Notes: generated by a model not told the origin, from the letters alone. A stretch of 64,000 nucleotides of DNA from Daphnia carinata (GCF_022539665.2 NC_081332.1:4030001-4094000), one strand, 5' to 3'; positions 14,901 through 39,489 are shown, counted from the stretch's first letter. A program made the numbers and translations.

Positions 14901-16103
14901 GGAAGTAGTTTGAACTTTACGTTAAACATTCAAAATCAGAGATTTTTTTTTAATGAAAAAAAAAAAAAACGATACGGGAGGGGGTTTGAACCTGAAGCGC
15001 CTACGGACGAAATGACTACCATTTTAATTAGGTCAATGGGATTGTTGTATTGAAGTCACGCCGCGTGATTAACAAAAAAAAAAAAGGCGGTCATGTTAGA
15101 AATAGTTTGAATCGTTAGTCTACATAACCGCGATCGATTCCACACCAACAATTTTTAATTAGCGAAATGCATTTAAATCTGTTAAGGTTGTAAAAAAAAT
15201 TGGGGCTCAAATGATAGAGTAATCTGTTGAAGGAGAGAAAGGTACGGCAACAAATGTGTAGGTTTTTGCACATCGACGTGCAGAGAAAATGGCCTATGCA
15301 GCTCATTTTCCTGTCGAAAAAGCTTTCACTTGCTCTCTTCTCCTTGTTTCATAGAGCGTGTGGGCTTTTAACTTTCAAGTCGCTCAGGGGGGATAGAAGG
15401 AAAAAAAACGAGTGACTTAAAAAAAAAGAATAATAATAATTTTTCAAGTGTGGAAAACAACAACAAAAAATGTAGTCCGTGCTTCCTTCTTTTTTTTCCG
15501 CTAAGAGAGAAAAGGTTTTCCTTTGACGATCACACATACGAAAAAAGAGCGATATATACGGAATCGGTAGAAGAAAAGCTAAAAGGATAGGCAAACAAGC
15601 AGGTCGGCGACCTCATTCTGCCTTACATCTCCCCTTCACCTGAAACTCGTTCTTCTTCTTGTTTCTATAATTTTTTTCTTACTTACCGCAATTCCTTGAA
15701 AATAACTGCGTTGTTATCCAACTCGTTTTTTTGCGTTCTTTTTGCTCTTTTTTTAAAATTTAAATCAAATATTTCTCCGATCGTGTTACACACCTGAAAG
15801 AACCGGTTATTATTTTTTTTTTGTATGATTAACAAATTTTTCCGTTTGTTTTATACTTTCAGGTCATGTCGATCAGATTCTACTAACGGATAAGCAATCG
15901 ACAAGAAGCTTCACACGAAATCTAAATTATTTCGATTTTCAAAAGGAACAACGGATTTTTTGAGGAAATTGAACTTTTCTCTTCGACTATTGACCTCGCA
16001 ATTTTTTTTAGTTGTCCTGGAGATCCAGGCGTTAAAGAAAAAAAACAATATTCGTACGAGAAACACCAAACAGACAGGGGGTTCCATCAACGATGATGTT
16101 GTG

Positions 16104-27665
<11,562 letters not shown>

Positions 27666-29711
27666 GTCAACAAACATTACGCACATTTGCATTTTCACGT
27701 TTTTTTTTTTTCCTTCTGTGGTTTGCTCATCATCATTTCATTTCCGCCTCCCCTTTTATTCATTTTTCTTTTAAAAAGGGAGTTCACACATTTTTGACTC
27801 GATTTCCCCCATCGTCCCACAGTTAATTTCCTTTTAAAAAAAAAAATAATAATAATTTGATCTATTAACGAGCCGCGCGAAATCCAAACTTGGCAGGCCG
27901 ATTGCAGCGCTTTTGTTGAATATTTAAACCTCTTCCCCCCCCCCTTTTTTTTAACAGTTTCTTTTAATTATTAATACCCGTTTTTTTTTTTTTTTTCGTA
28001 CCTTTGCATTCCGCAATTTGTTCGCGTCCTCCGCAATGGTGGGAGAAAAAAAAAAACATAAAAACAGGAAACAAAGAAAAACACAAATTGGAATAGCTCA
28101 AAGGAAACAAAAGTAGAATGTGAAATAGGTTTTTTTTTTCCCTCTCGATTGTTACATACCGGATACCGCCAAAATTTTTTTTTTTTTTTAAAGTGTGTTA
28201 ATCGGCTCATTAAAAAGAATTGTTAAAAAAAAAAAAAATGGATCGACCTAAAAGAGTGGCACACAAAGAGGACGACAAACATTTGCTGGTAATTTACATG
28301 GAATTTTGAAAAAAAAAAAAAAAAAAACGTTTAATGTTTTTTTTTTTTTTTTTTCAAATTTCCCACCATGTAGCAAAGAAACAATAATTTCTTTTGTCGG
28401 TGTATAAAAGAAAATTATTTTATACTCCCGGCGGAATTTTTTTTTTGTTGCCTACTATTTTCCCATTGCCACCCATTATCTGTAGGCCTATTTTTTTGCT
28501 ACTTGCTCTGTATGTTGTACATAATATAATATCGTATATCTCATTTCTTTTCCTCTCTCTCTCTCTCTCTCTTTCTCTTACACATTTTTTTTTAAATTCT
28601 AAAGAATGTTTGCCATTTTTATCATTACACCAGGTCTCGTGATTGATTGCATAATTTTTTTTTCTTCGTTCGCTAGCCTACAGTACGAAAAAGACTACCC
28701 CATGCCTTTTTAAACATTTCCATTTCAAACCGTAAACAAAAGAGAGATTCAAGTTAAATACATCAGTTTTTTTTTCTCGTGTAATTGTTGAAATGTTTCG
28801 TTTTTAAGTGACGTCATTTTTCCTACAGTTGTTGCCGCGCTAGTTGCATATCACTAGCGAGGCTTCAACCCAAAGGATAAATATATTGCTAATGTGTTTT
28901 TCAGCTACATTGCGCTAATGTTTCATCTGGTCATCGCATATAAATCAGTACATACAAAAAAAAAACGAGTGTTCCAAAAAGCCCCCCTACACCCTAAGCC
29001 CAAAGATTATTTTTGAAGAGAGAGAGAGAGAGGGGGGCATAGAAAAAATGGGGTCATAGTTCCATGGACTCTAAAAAGTTGTTGCATAGGAGGGGGGACG
29101 TATAAGAAAAAAAAAGCGACGTAACGTTGATGGTGTGTGCTGGAACAAGAAGGAAGGGAAAAAGAAGAGGGGAGGGATGACCTACTTTGACGTAATGGCT
29201 AAAAAAGAGAAAGCTGGAAGTAGAGAGAGAGGGGGGGGGGAGGCTTTGCTTGTTTCTTGCGGATGGCGAATTCGAGTAAGAGCAGTGGGAGGGACTCCAC
29301 GTGTGCGAAAATAAAATCCGGAGTAGTAGAGAGAGAGAGAGAGAGGGGAGGGATAAGAAGGGAGGGTTCAACCAGAAACGCTTGTGGCGCAACGGTCGAA
29401 GCTATGCAACACTTGACCTAGATCCTATTCCCTAAAAAGAAGAAGAGTGCGTGTGTGTGTCTATACGGTGAGCCAGCAGCAGCTGGATAGGGTACGTGTA
29501 CCCGGTATTGGAAAAAGAAGAGGGGGGTGTTTTTGGGGGCCCCCCTTCATTCTTGACGTAACCCACATTATTATACAGGAAAAGTCTCCGTTTTTCTTCG
29601 GAGAGGGGGAAGAAAGAAGCAGAAAAAAAAGGGAGAGGGAGAAAACGCAATGTTTCCCTCTCTTTTTTTTTTTTTTTTTTTTTTTTTTCGTCCGGAATTA
29701 TTGTGGCGATT

Positions 29712-29984
29712 CAGTTGAGGAGCGAACAGCGAGCAAAGCGGCACTCTTTTCTGTGAACGCCCGCACTCGTTTTTTATTTTTTTTTATTTTTTTTTAATTT
29801 TAAATTTCTTTGAAAAATCAAGTGCGATTCAAAAATGTAGTGCAGTGTAAGTTGAAAGAAACGAACAGTTTCGGGTGGAGGAGCGAAATGCAACTCCTCC
29901 ACCCGGAAGACGGAGGGATTGCGACGTGAAAAATAACGAATCGATTTGGATGGAGCTACCATTGGCCATTGCTTTTCTCCTCCG
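29712..29984 (+). promoter_or_regulatory. Candidate distal TSS and non-coding leader exon, probably of the downstream CYP3-clan gene
   Basis: Arthropod Inr TCAGTT at 29712 downstream of GA-repeat/GAGA-rich sequence; strong donor CCG|gtaagt at 29984/29985. No in-frame ATG for joining to CYP exon 2. A plausible acceptor is tttcag| at ~32176, inside the CYP 5' UTR. Confidence 0.35.
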
Positions 29985-30950
29985 GTAAGTTTGAAACAAT
30001 CTTTTATTTCGACTTCAAATTTGACCCACTTTTATTCATTGCCAATTATGTCAAGATAAGCTTCGATCCATCTGTTCTTACTTGCCTCTGCCCGTCATAT
30101 TTTTCGCTGGACTTTAACCGATGCGCCCGTTTTTTTTTTTTTTTTCCCCCGACTTCTTTCATATCGCATTTCTTAGAGCCAAAGAAAAACAGCAGTTTAA
30201 TGACCTACGCGTGTGAGGTACAATGGAGAATAACAACTCCTGTTTGTTGGTCACCTTTCTCAAGTGGACCGTCCCTCCTTTCGAGATTAATCCACTTCAT
30301 TTTTCACCTACACCTGAGATTATATTTGAAAAAAAAAAAAAAGGAATTTTGAGATTTAAAATTGGCGGGTTATACTTTTTAAACAACCTCACAAGCGAAA
30401 TGTTTCAAATAACATTTTGGCAACGGAAAAATCCATCCCGCCAAAAGAGTAGGAAAAGCTCTTTCTGTAACTTTGTTCGAAATTGCTTTCTCTCACGTCC
30501 CATCACCTTTTTTTTTTCTTTCTCCATTCGCAAGATCGGCTAACGATGGGTTTAGTAGGTTTTTTGAAAAAAAAAAAAAAAAAAAAAGGGGGATTTTCTC
30601 AGGTCATATTTTCGCACAAAACAACAAAAGCGATCCGTTCGTATTGAGGGCAAGTAGGGACAGGTAAAATAGCCAAAGGCCTTTAGGGGGAGGGGGGGTT
30701 CAGATACCTGACTGCAATTGAAATCGAATTTATTATTATTTATTTTTTTTTTTTTGGCCAATACGGAAAAAACGTAACGGTTTACGTGAGGGTAAAAGGA
30801 GGTGAAGAACGTGCACGATATTTTGAACTTTGTTTGTAGGAACAAAGTTCATTTTTGAATATTTGAATTTGTAGTCAGGGCTTAATTCATCAAAAAAAAA
30901 CGTGTTTTCTGTTTTTCTTGTGTGCAGAGACAAACTTCGAAATCTTCCCG

Positions 30951-31288
30951 ATTGACGTCAATGGCTATCCGCATTAACGGCTTATCGGATGCGACGATTA
31001 AAACCGGCTGAAACAGGTGAGAAAAAAAAAAATAACATTTATGTTTTACTTAAGCACATAAAGCCATGCGAAAAGGACCTTGATTGAAACCCGCGCGCGG
31101 CGCTCGCGTCTGTTCAAATATCCCAACTATTCCAAGATGCTTTGCGGATTAAGCGATTAGTCCACGTAGGAATGCGGACAAAGCAATAAAATAAATGCCA
31201 CAACATTTTCTCTTAGCGGCGGATAAGCAAAATTAAAATCGTAGGTCATAAAGATAATCTGTTTCAAAAAAAACATTGACGTCAATGG
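30951..31288. promoter_or_regulatory. Motif cluster, putative enhancer
   Basis: Two extended CRE palindromes ATTGACGTCAAT(GG) at 30951 and 31275; three GCGGA-N1-2-AAGC copies at 31144, 31174 and 31219; a CACGTA site at ~31163. Confidence 0.4.
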
Positions 31289-32120
31289 ACTGAATCAAAG
31301 TGCAGAGGGCCGTGCCACTTGCACTAGCGATACCGCAGACATTTCGTGCACGTTGTCATGTCTCTTTTTTTTTTCTCTCGATAAGACGGCTACGTTGCTA
31401 CCTTACGTGACTCCCCCACTTTCACGTTTCGACCGCGTGCCATCGCTCCTTGCGGGAAAGATTAGATTTTTCGTCGATTATTCTGTTGGCCAACCTATCA
31501 ATCAAAAATGCAGTTCAGTAATGTGCTTGTTTGTCAAATCGCTAATCAAACACCCAATCATTTCGGATAGTATCGGCTTGAGCTTTTGGGATTTCCAAGC
31601 CGTGTGACAATTTGATGTGTTTCTGCCGCCGTCTTTATTTTTGTTGCCATAGAAACTGTGCACCTTGTTATTTCGTTTCTAGAATTATGGAGAGGGGCAA
31701 GAAAGAAAAAGGTGGCTTTGACATACATCCATCACACGAGCAGGTTGCAATCATCAAAGTCCGGGTTCCAAAGGGTATCGTCAGGCTCCAACGACAATCA
31801 AGCCCGCCCGCCAATGTTTGAACAAACACAAGAAAGAACTGTCCAATAAACAATCAGAATCGTATAATCTCGAAGGGGGGCATATCACGTTAGACAAATA
31901 GGGAAGGGAAAAAAAAAACGAAATACAAGACAAAAACAATGTGAGAGACAGGAGAACTTTGTCAAAAACACGTCAATATTTTTTTTTTCTGCGATAACGA
32001 CCAATCCCGCACGCACGCTTTTCTCTCTATCTTTGATTAAAAGGATGGGACCATGCACCTGATAGTAAACCCTCCTCCACCGCCCCCAATCGAATTTCAT
32101 CTTCAATCTCTAAAGCCTGG

Positions 32121-32165
32121 CACGTATAAAAGAAAAACACGATTGCGAACACAGAGCATTCAGTT
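32121..32165 (+). promoter_or_regulatory. Core promoter of the CYP3-clan gene (TATA plus Inr)
   Basis: TATAAAA at 32125-32131 followed ~31-35 nt later by GCATTCAGTT (overlapping Inr-like GCATTC/TCAGTT), ~115 nt upstream of ATG 32276. Confidence 0.6.
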
Positions 32166-32275
32166 TCATGTTTCAGTCGTCCGATGAACACACTTCAACT
32201 GAAATTAGTTATATAACATTTTGAAAATACATTTTTGTTCTATTTCCTTTTAAAAAAATATCTGACTGCACAATC

Positions 32276-34585
32276 ATGAACCTGCAGAACAGTCCCAAAG
32301 CTCCTCATGGGGTTCAGGTAAATTAGTTTTCGGCTTAATTAATTATGTAAGACGTCCATCGAACGTTGACTGTCCTTTTTAGCGCTTGTCATTCTTTTGT
32401 GTTCACTCACTTCGACAAGTAGTTGTTAACATGGTGACTGACGTTGTCTTTCTTTCGCGTCTTTTCGTATTTAATCTACAGATCACTCTTGTTGTCGGTT
32501 TGGTTGTATTCTTGGACGGAATCCTGCACGTCATCGCATCGCAGCTGTCGTCATGGATCTTCTTGCGGGAGACGTGGGTCATCGGCAAACGGTGGCCGTT
32601 TCTAGCCAACTGGAATGTGACCCATCATTTGCTGGCCGTCGGACTCGCTCTCCTCATGGCATCGCTCTTTCACAGCTACACGTACCGCCGTCGGGCTCAC
32701 CAGTTTTTCCGCCGGCTTGGCATTCCCGGCCCGCAACCGCATCTCATCAAGGGCAATTGCGACAAGATGCGCAACCCATCCTTGGTGGCCATCGATGTCA
32801 TGGATCAATGGCAAGCCCAATTCGGAGATGTCTACGGCTATTTCATCGGGTTGAAACCTTACGTGGTGGTCGGAGATCTCGACATGGTTCAACAAGTTCT
32901 CATCCGCGATTTCCACAAGTTTGTCAACCGACCGGCGATGGGCATCGAAATTCGACCCGTCATCAACACGCTGGTCGGATTGCGCAGCCACAGGTGGAAG
33001 GAGGTGCGACGAGTCATTTCGCCCACGTTTTCCACGCGCAAAATGCGCCAGATCAACTCCATCATCAATCGGTGTGTTGATATCCTGGTGGAAGTGGTCG
33101 GCCAACACGCTGAAACTCAGAGCGAAATCGATTTTTACGGTGTCTTCCAAGGTCTAACTTGCCAGGTAAATTTTAAACTCAATTTATTCCTTTTTTAAGA
33201 GCCAATTTTTAAAACTCGTTTGATCCCAGGTGATTGGTGAATGCGCATTGAACACTAAAGTTGATTGCCAACGACAGCCTCAAGATGAATTCCTTAATTC
33301 GTTGCGGCAATTCTTGAGACAAGCCAATAATCCCATCATCGATTTGGCCATTTATTTCCCGCTCGTCAGAGAAATCTTGGCCGTCGTGTGTCGTGTGGCT
33401 TCGCCGTGCGGTCAGTTCACGCAGTCGATCATCGATAAAGTCCAGGGTGTCATCAACGAACGCAGAGAGGATCGTCTGACCGGTACGTCGGCCCCCAATC
33501 ACGGTGACATTTTGCAGCTGTTGATGGAAGCCTCTGAGAATCGCCAAGAGGACGCGTACGATACGGACGGATGCGTCCGTCCGACGCATCAATTGCTCAC
33601 CGACGATGAAATCATTGCCAATGCTTGGGTTTTCCTCCTGGGTGGTTTTGAAACCACTGCCAACGCTCTCACCTACTGCGCATACTTGCTGGCCACTCAT
33701 CCCGATGTCCAGGAGAAACTGTACGAGGAACTAAGGGATTACCTTGGGGTAAGAACATCTTTAGGTGTTTAATTTGGAAATCTACGTGAAATGCTTTAAT
33801 GTTTGTGGTTTGTTTTTATTTAGGAAAGTTCTGGCGATCTCGAAACAGATTACAATACAATTAGCCAGTTAACTTACCTGGACAAGGTATTTTGCGAAGC
33901 CCTGAGGCTCTTCCCACCTGTGGTGTTGTTCGTGACACGCGAGGCGGCCGAAGATGCCCAACTGGGTGATTTTCACATCCCTGCCGGTACGAACGTTCAG
34001 ATTCCCATTTGGCAAATCCATCACGATCCCAAATTGTGGCCGAATCCTTACCAATTTGATCCTGAACGGTAATTTTGTCTTTGAATATTTGATTTAATGA
34101 AGCGTGTACTATAACGTTATGGAATTTCTTCAACAGATTTGAACCTGAATTGAAGAAAAACCGACATCCGATGGCATGGATTCCGTTCGGCTCTGGACCT
34201 AGAGCTTGTCTTGGAATCCGCTTTGCAATGCTGGAAGCCAAAATTGCCTTGGCTAAGCTTCTCATGAACTATCGGTAAGTGAAAGCAACAAGATTAAACG
34301 CTTGATTGAGCTACTGTTATGTTACAAGCACAAAATGCCTATGTATTTGATCTTTGTCTAATCTTATTGATAATGATCAACTGCGCTTTGATCTCTTGGA
34401 TGTAAAGCGTCGGCTATCGTTTGTCGTTTGAACAACGTTTTGAAAACGATTCATTTGTTTGCTGCAGACTGGTGCCGTGTGAACGTACAGAAGAAAAGCT
34501 GACGCTCGTCGTCCCGACGGTGACTCTCAATCCAAAATCAGGCGTGTGGTTAAAAGCTGAAAAAAGAGAACAGACATCGGCATGA
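32276..34585 (+). CDS. Cytochrome P450, CYP3 clan (CYP3A/TBXAS1-like), ~581 aa
   Basis: Exons 32276-32317, 32482-33165, 33230-33748, 33824-34068, 34137-34274, 34468-34585, in frame. [30 protein letters not shown]-helix [22 protein letters not shown], heme motif [10 protein letters not shown]. Exon 1 is less certain than the rest. Confidence 0.93.
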
Positions 34586-36626
34586 CAGGTGAAAAAAAAA
34601 AAGGGAAAAACACACACACAAAAAAATTGAATCATCCATCGCTCTTCATACATCATGCGTTCTTTAATCGGGTAGTAGAAAATGTTTAGTCCGACTTTCG
34701 TATACGTGTCTCATTTCCTTTGAAATTCGTGATTGTGCTTAGAATTTTATAGAGCGATAGATTTACTGCGTAATAATGTGATCCAAGGTATTTGAGAAGG
34801 AAAGAGATTCCGCTTTGCATGCTCCTGTGCAGCATCGGATCTAAACGATGATGACGCACCGGTGATTAGCTTCTGTTCCCCCTAATGGACTCTGATGGGC
34901 TCTTTAAAAAAAAAACATGTCGTGTTTGCTGATGATGAATGTTTTTCAAGCCAATTTTTCTCTTTTGATCTTGTTTTCTTTTAAATTTCTTTTCTCCACA
35001 CGTGACTGCTTTTTTAAGTATTGGCTTAATCTCTTATCCTTTTTCTCTCAACCGTACGTTTGTGTTTTGAAACGTGCATCATTCAGCAGCCGATCCATCA
35101 TTGTCCAAGGGAACCAGCTCTTGACTTGACGTTCGTCAGTGTCAAACAGCAAATGTTTTTTTTTTTTGCTTTAAGTTTTTTCAGGGACTCCTATTTTTAC
35201 TGACATATTTTTTTTCAATGCACAATTTTATGAATTGTGTCATTTGAATTATTCTGATGTTTTTTCCCACATTTTTTTCTTTGAACATGTCGCTAAATTG
35301 TTGGAACCCTTTCTCTCTGTTCCTTGTTTGATCTCTATGGCATATCTCTCATGCCATGGGTCACTTCAAACAAAAGAAAAAAGAAATGAAATATTGTCCT
35401 ATTATCTCTAGAACAAATATTTCATTTTTCTTGTGCATGTTGCGACTCTACTCAGTGCTCAACCTATATCTCTGTTGATATCATTTTTTTTTCCTTTAAG
35501 TTGCATCCATTTTTTTTTCTCAACTTTTCTAAATTCATGTTTTCTGTACTTTTACATTTTCTAACAAAATTTTCTTATTTCTTTTTGCGGACCATTACAC
35601 GAACTTGATTTTAAAACATTTTCATTTTGATATAATTGGGATAGGTATTCCTAATTTATTAAGAGACGCACGCAATTGGAGGACAAAAAAATATATATCA
35701 TTGCGATTACAAATAAGGGGAATATGTAAAACAGATAAATTCATTGATATTGTTTTTTGGTGGGTTCAGCTTCTTTTGCGAGTTCTGTGCCAACGAAACG
35801 TTTGCCTTTGATGTTTTGTGCTTAAATTTTGACCCGATTGATCAATAGAAAAAACAAAACAACAACCCTGTAGGCATTTGCATGATAAACAGATCATCGA
35901 TGAGATGTGCGACAGAGTGATATACAAGTACATTTTTTTTTTTCATTAATAATCGCGAGCGATTTTCTTAAAATATAAAAATTCCACTTTTTGACCATAA
36001 AAATTATGTAGAGCTTTTTCTTTTCCATATTAAAAACAATTCACTGAGTTGATTTTTAAACTGCCGGAGGAAAAATAACGCGAATGTTTACACGAGTGTT
36101 GTAGGAAATGATGATAGTGAGGAACGGGCGGGCGCGCACGGAAGACTAGCATACCCCGAACGAACGCGCACCTATTGTTTTTTTTTTTTCAATTTCTACA
36201 CGGATCGCAATCGATAATTATTTGCAAAAATTTTTTTTAAAAAAAAGATTAGGAGAAATGATAAATTTTGAGATTCAGTATTTTCGACTTCTTTGGCTAA
36301 TGCAGTGCGCTGCTCGCAATAGGTAGAGAGCTCGCTGACCAGAAGATAGGGTAGAGATACATAGATATACACACAACACTAATAGTTAAATCAATATTAT
36401 GAACGACAGTTTACCGCTATTTTTTTTTGCCGCATTCGCTTTCTCGTTGTGTTTTGCTTTCTTTTTCGTTCGACCCAGGTACTATTACTTTACGTATTGT
36501 TTTGTGGCTGTCGATGAATCGTCTCGCTGAACGATGGCAAGATTTACAGTGTAAAAAAAAAAAAGACGGGCGGTTTGTGCTGTTCGGGGAAAATTAAAAA
36601 AAACAAAAACATTTCCTTTCTTTTTT

Positions 36627-39120
36627 TCAAACGCAAGTTTCGTAACCTATAGAAGCCACCGAGAGCGTATCTAGGCGGTCTAAGATGTTAGACAAACTAC
36701 TGCTATTACTTTGGCAATTACTGCCGTCGGCTAAGATACCGTTGGGTGTGGGCGTAGTGGTTGCTAGGGCAGCCGAAAGGGTAGTGACCGCAGCTGGATT
36801 ACGTGACGTCGTATCGGCCCACAGCTGAGCGTTCAGCGTTTGTTGAGCTGTGACATGCGGTCGCGGTAGAGACCAGTGACGGGACATAAGCAGATGGTGA
36901 TGATGGCGGACACAACCAGCCATAGATGCCTGATGGGAAAGCGAATCGGCCGTTACGCTCACGCCGGAGTCTGTTGAATCGGATGAATCGCGATTGCCCT
37001 GATGGTGGAAAAATTGAATTCAGAATTGTTGGGACTTGAAAAGATGCTCCAGCAAACTGACCTGGCGACAAGCCGCTGCTGGCATACTGGCTGACCGTCG
37101 TAATCGAAGCGGAACGGCATCGTTGTTGGCGTGAGTTGCCGAACGCGAATGGAGCAACGGCAGAGTACAGTGAGGATAGCACGGCTTGGTGTAGAGGCAA
37201 CGGAAGGTTATTGGATTCTGGTAGTTTATGGCGGCCCCTTCGGCCTGTAACTGCAGCCACGACGAGTTCTGATACACCTGATTGGACCACAGCTCCTTAT
37301 CTCTGCTGCCGTTTTTGCAACAGGGTCCACCGCATTGCTCGGCTGGAGCTAAACAACGTTGTCGTTGAAGTAAGGTGGCAGGACTGCAGGGAAGGGACTG
37401 CATCTGTACGTATTCCTCCTGCTGATTCCACTGATTTTGTCCACGTTGCATAACCAAATAGCCTTGCACTTCTACCGGCACTGCAGCTTTCTTCGCTTCA
37501 CCATCGCTGGCACTTGGATCGACGGGTTTCTTAGCTTTCTTTGACTTGGTGACGGTGGCGTAGAGCGAGCTGATTCCACCCGGTACTTCCAAGGTGTTTC
37601 CATTTGGTTGAGAAATCGATTGAGTATTTGTATCCGAAACGGGTTGGCCGAGGTTCTGTAATACTCTTCGGGGTGTATCGTAATGACTTGTCGGCAAAGT
37701 AGAACTGGGTCGCGATTCGCTATTTCCGCCTCCGCAGACTTCGTAGACGGCTTGTGACATTGTGGCATTCAGTGAACGGGGTTTGTCGTAGAGCAGCTCA
37801 GGATCGGAACGTTGCAAAGCTGAGCTGAGCCTTGTACCACTTGATATGCTGCTGGTACGACTGTGTTGTTGCGAATAGGAACGTGTGTGTCGTGCGCAGG
37901 GAGGGCTCAAACAGAATTCTTGCGCCCGTCTTTGGCTACCCAGTAATGGTGTGTTGGGCTTGCTCATTGTCTGTGATGGGCAACGAGAGTTGACGCTTAA
38001 TCGATGTCGCATCATTGGAGTTAATAAGCCTAAAAATAACGAAACGTGGTTTGTTTTTCATGGCACTGATTATTTAACAACTGAGTTTACCATTCAAAGT
38101 GGATGATGGGTGAATGCGAGTACGCTGGGATTCGGAAAGGCGGCCGCGAACAGAGAATTCAAATTTATTTGCTATTTCATGACTTTGATTGGAGCCCAGA
38201 ACGAATATCCCCTCGAATCCTCTAGACGAACAACGAGAACCACCCTCGAAGCAGAATCTCCGGTCATCCACCGCTCCGAAACGTCTACAATTTTATCGAT
38301 AGTTTACATTTGACTCGCTAAAAACGCCCAATAGTTATCTATTCACCTTAAATCGGCCATGTTCCAGTAGCCTATCAGTCGCGGGGGTATTCCCTGGGTT
38401 AATGCAAACTGCCAATCTCTGATATGTAGTACAGCAGAGCTGCTAGTGATTTCCAACTTGCCTGGGACACTTAGAAGTTGGACTTCAAACCTTTCACCTG
38501 ATGGAAAAAACATTGCAATAATTAGCTTTTAAAAATTTGATGGAAATCTTGAAAAAACATACTATGGCCAAGTATTTCTGCTATTTGTGCTTGCCATTCC
38601 AGGAGCATTTCTCGACTTTCGAAGGCAAAAACACTGACAAAATTTCGACACACAATGGCCAAAGTTTGTGACTCTTTTTGCAGGAGGAAGCAGCTTTCAA
38701 AGCCCAGGAGATGTTCCAAGTTTAGTGAGGATTTGGACTGTGATCCTTTGCCCTTGCTCAATGACTTTTTGTAAAACTGCATTATCAGTGAGTTCGCCAC
38801 AGGAGAGAGTCTCCGGACGACACACCACCGCCGCTTCCACTGCAAAAATTAACAAAAATTATAATAAATAAAATTTAACGTTTGACGCAGTTTTAGACGA
38901 ATTAAAGGTTCTGCTTTGACGATCACCAAGAAGACCAAGGAAAAACAATTAACACATAAAAATAACAAGGGTCAACGCGAATATAAGAAAATCAATGCGA
39001 ACAGTGCAGGCACAACTATAAACACTACATGTAAAACAAAAGATTGCGTACTGTTTTCTTTTCTCTGAATTTTACGTGCCCCTCCAGGACGGAGCTGTCA
39101 AAATTCTTAAACTCCGCCAT
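36627..39120 (-). CDS. DOK7: Dok-7-like PH plus IRS-type PTB docking protein (~676 aa)
   Basis: Exons (minus) 39120-39052, 38839-38563, 38497-38347, 38284-38091, 38029-37062, 36998-36627; total 2031 nt, in frame. PH start VLEGHVKFREKKTWKRRWCVVRRLSPVA and PTB motif WNMADLRRFGAVDDRRFCFEGGSRC match the Dok-7 family; the disordered tail is tyrosine-rich. Confidence 0.9.
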
Positions 39121-39489
39121 GTTGTTGTCTAAAATAGCAAATGCCTTCAGAATAAGCGGCCCTACTGTCATTAATACGAATGGGGCCCCATTTTCCAAAA
39201 AAAAGGCGGGGTTGTCAGTTTTGCCGGTGTTTACGGACATGGCGCGCTACGGTTTCTAATTGGTTCCAGATGAAACCAGCCGTCAGGTGGCTCTAGCATC
39301 GTTCGTCTGCAGATCGGCTTGAAAAGGAAAACACTCTCACTGTGTCCGCCTTTCCGTTTCATTTGCCTTACATTTTAGTTTTTTGAGTTTCACATTCTCC
39401 CTCTCTGTAGTGTGCAATTGCAAATCATGTAGGAAGGAACTGACCTTAAAGATTCCGAGCACACATTCTCGTAAATTTCTTCCGATGTC
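39121..39489. promoter_or_regulatory. Bidirectional promoter region shared by DOK7 and FNIP
   Basis: Start codons of the two divergent genes are only 369 nt apart (39120 minus, 39490 plus). Confidence 0.75.

Noticed and set aside
30603..31017. Possible cassette exons at 30603-30663 and ~30928-31017 as coding extensions of the CYP
   Set aside because: All combinations tried hit stops or the wrong phase; at most they are UTR exons.
32276..34585. Calling the CYP3-clan gene thromboxane synthase (TBXAS1)
   Set aside because: The I-helix keeps the catalytic Thr (GGFETT) of ordinary monooxygenases, which TBXAS1 lacks. The similarity is only clan-level.
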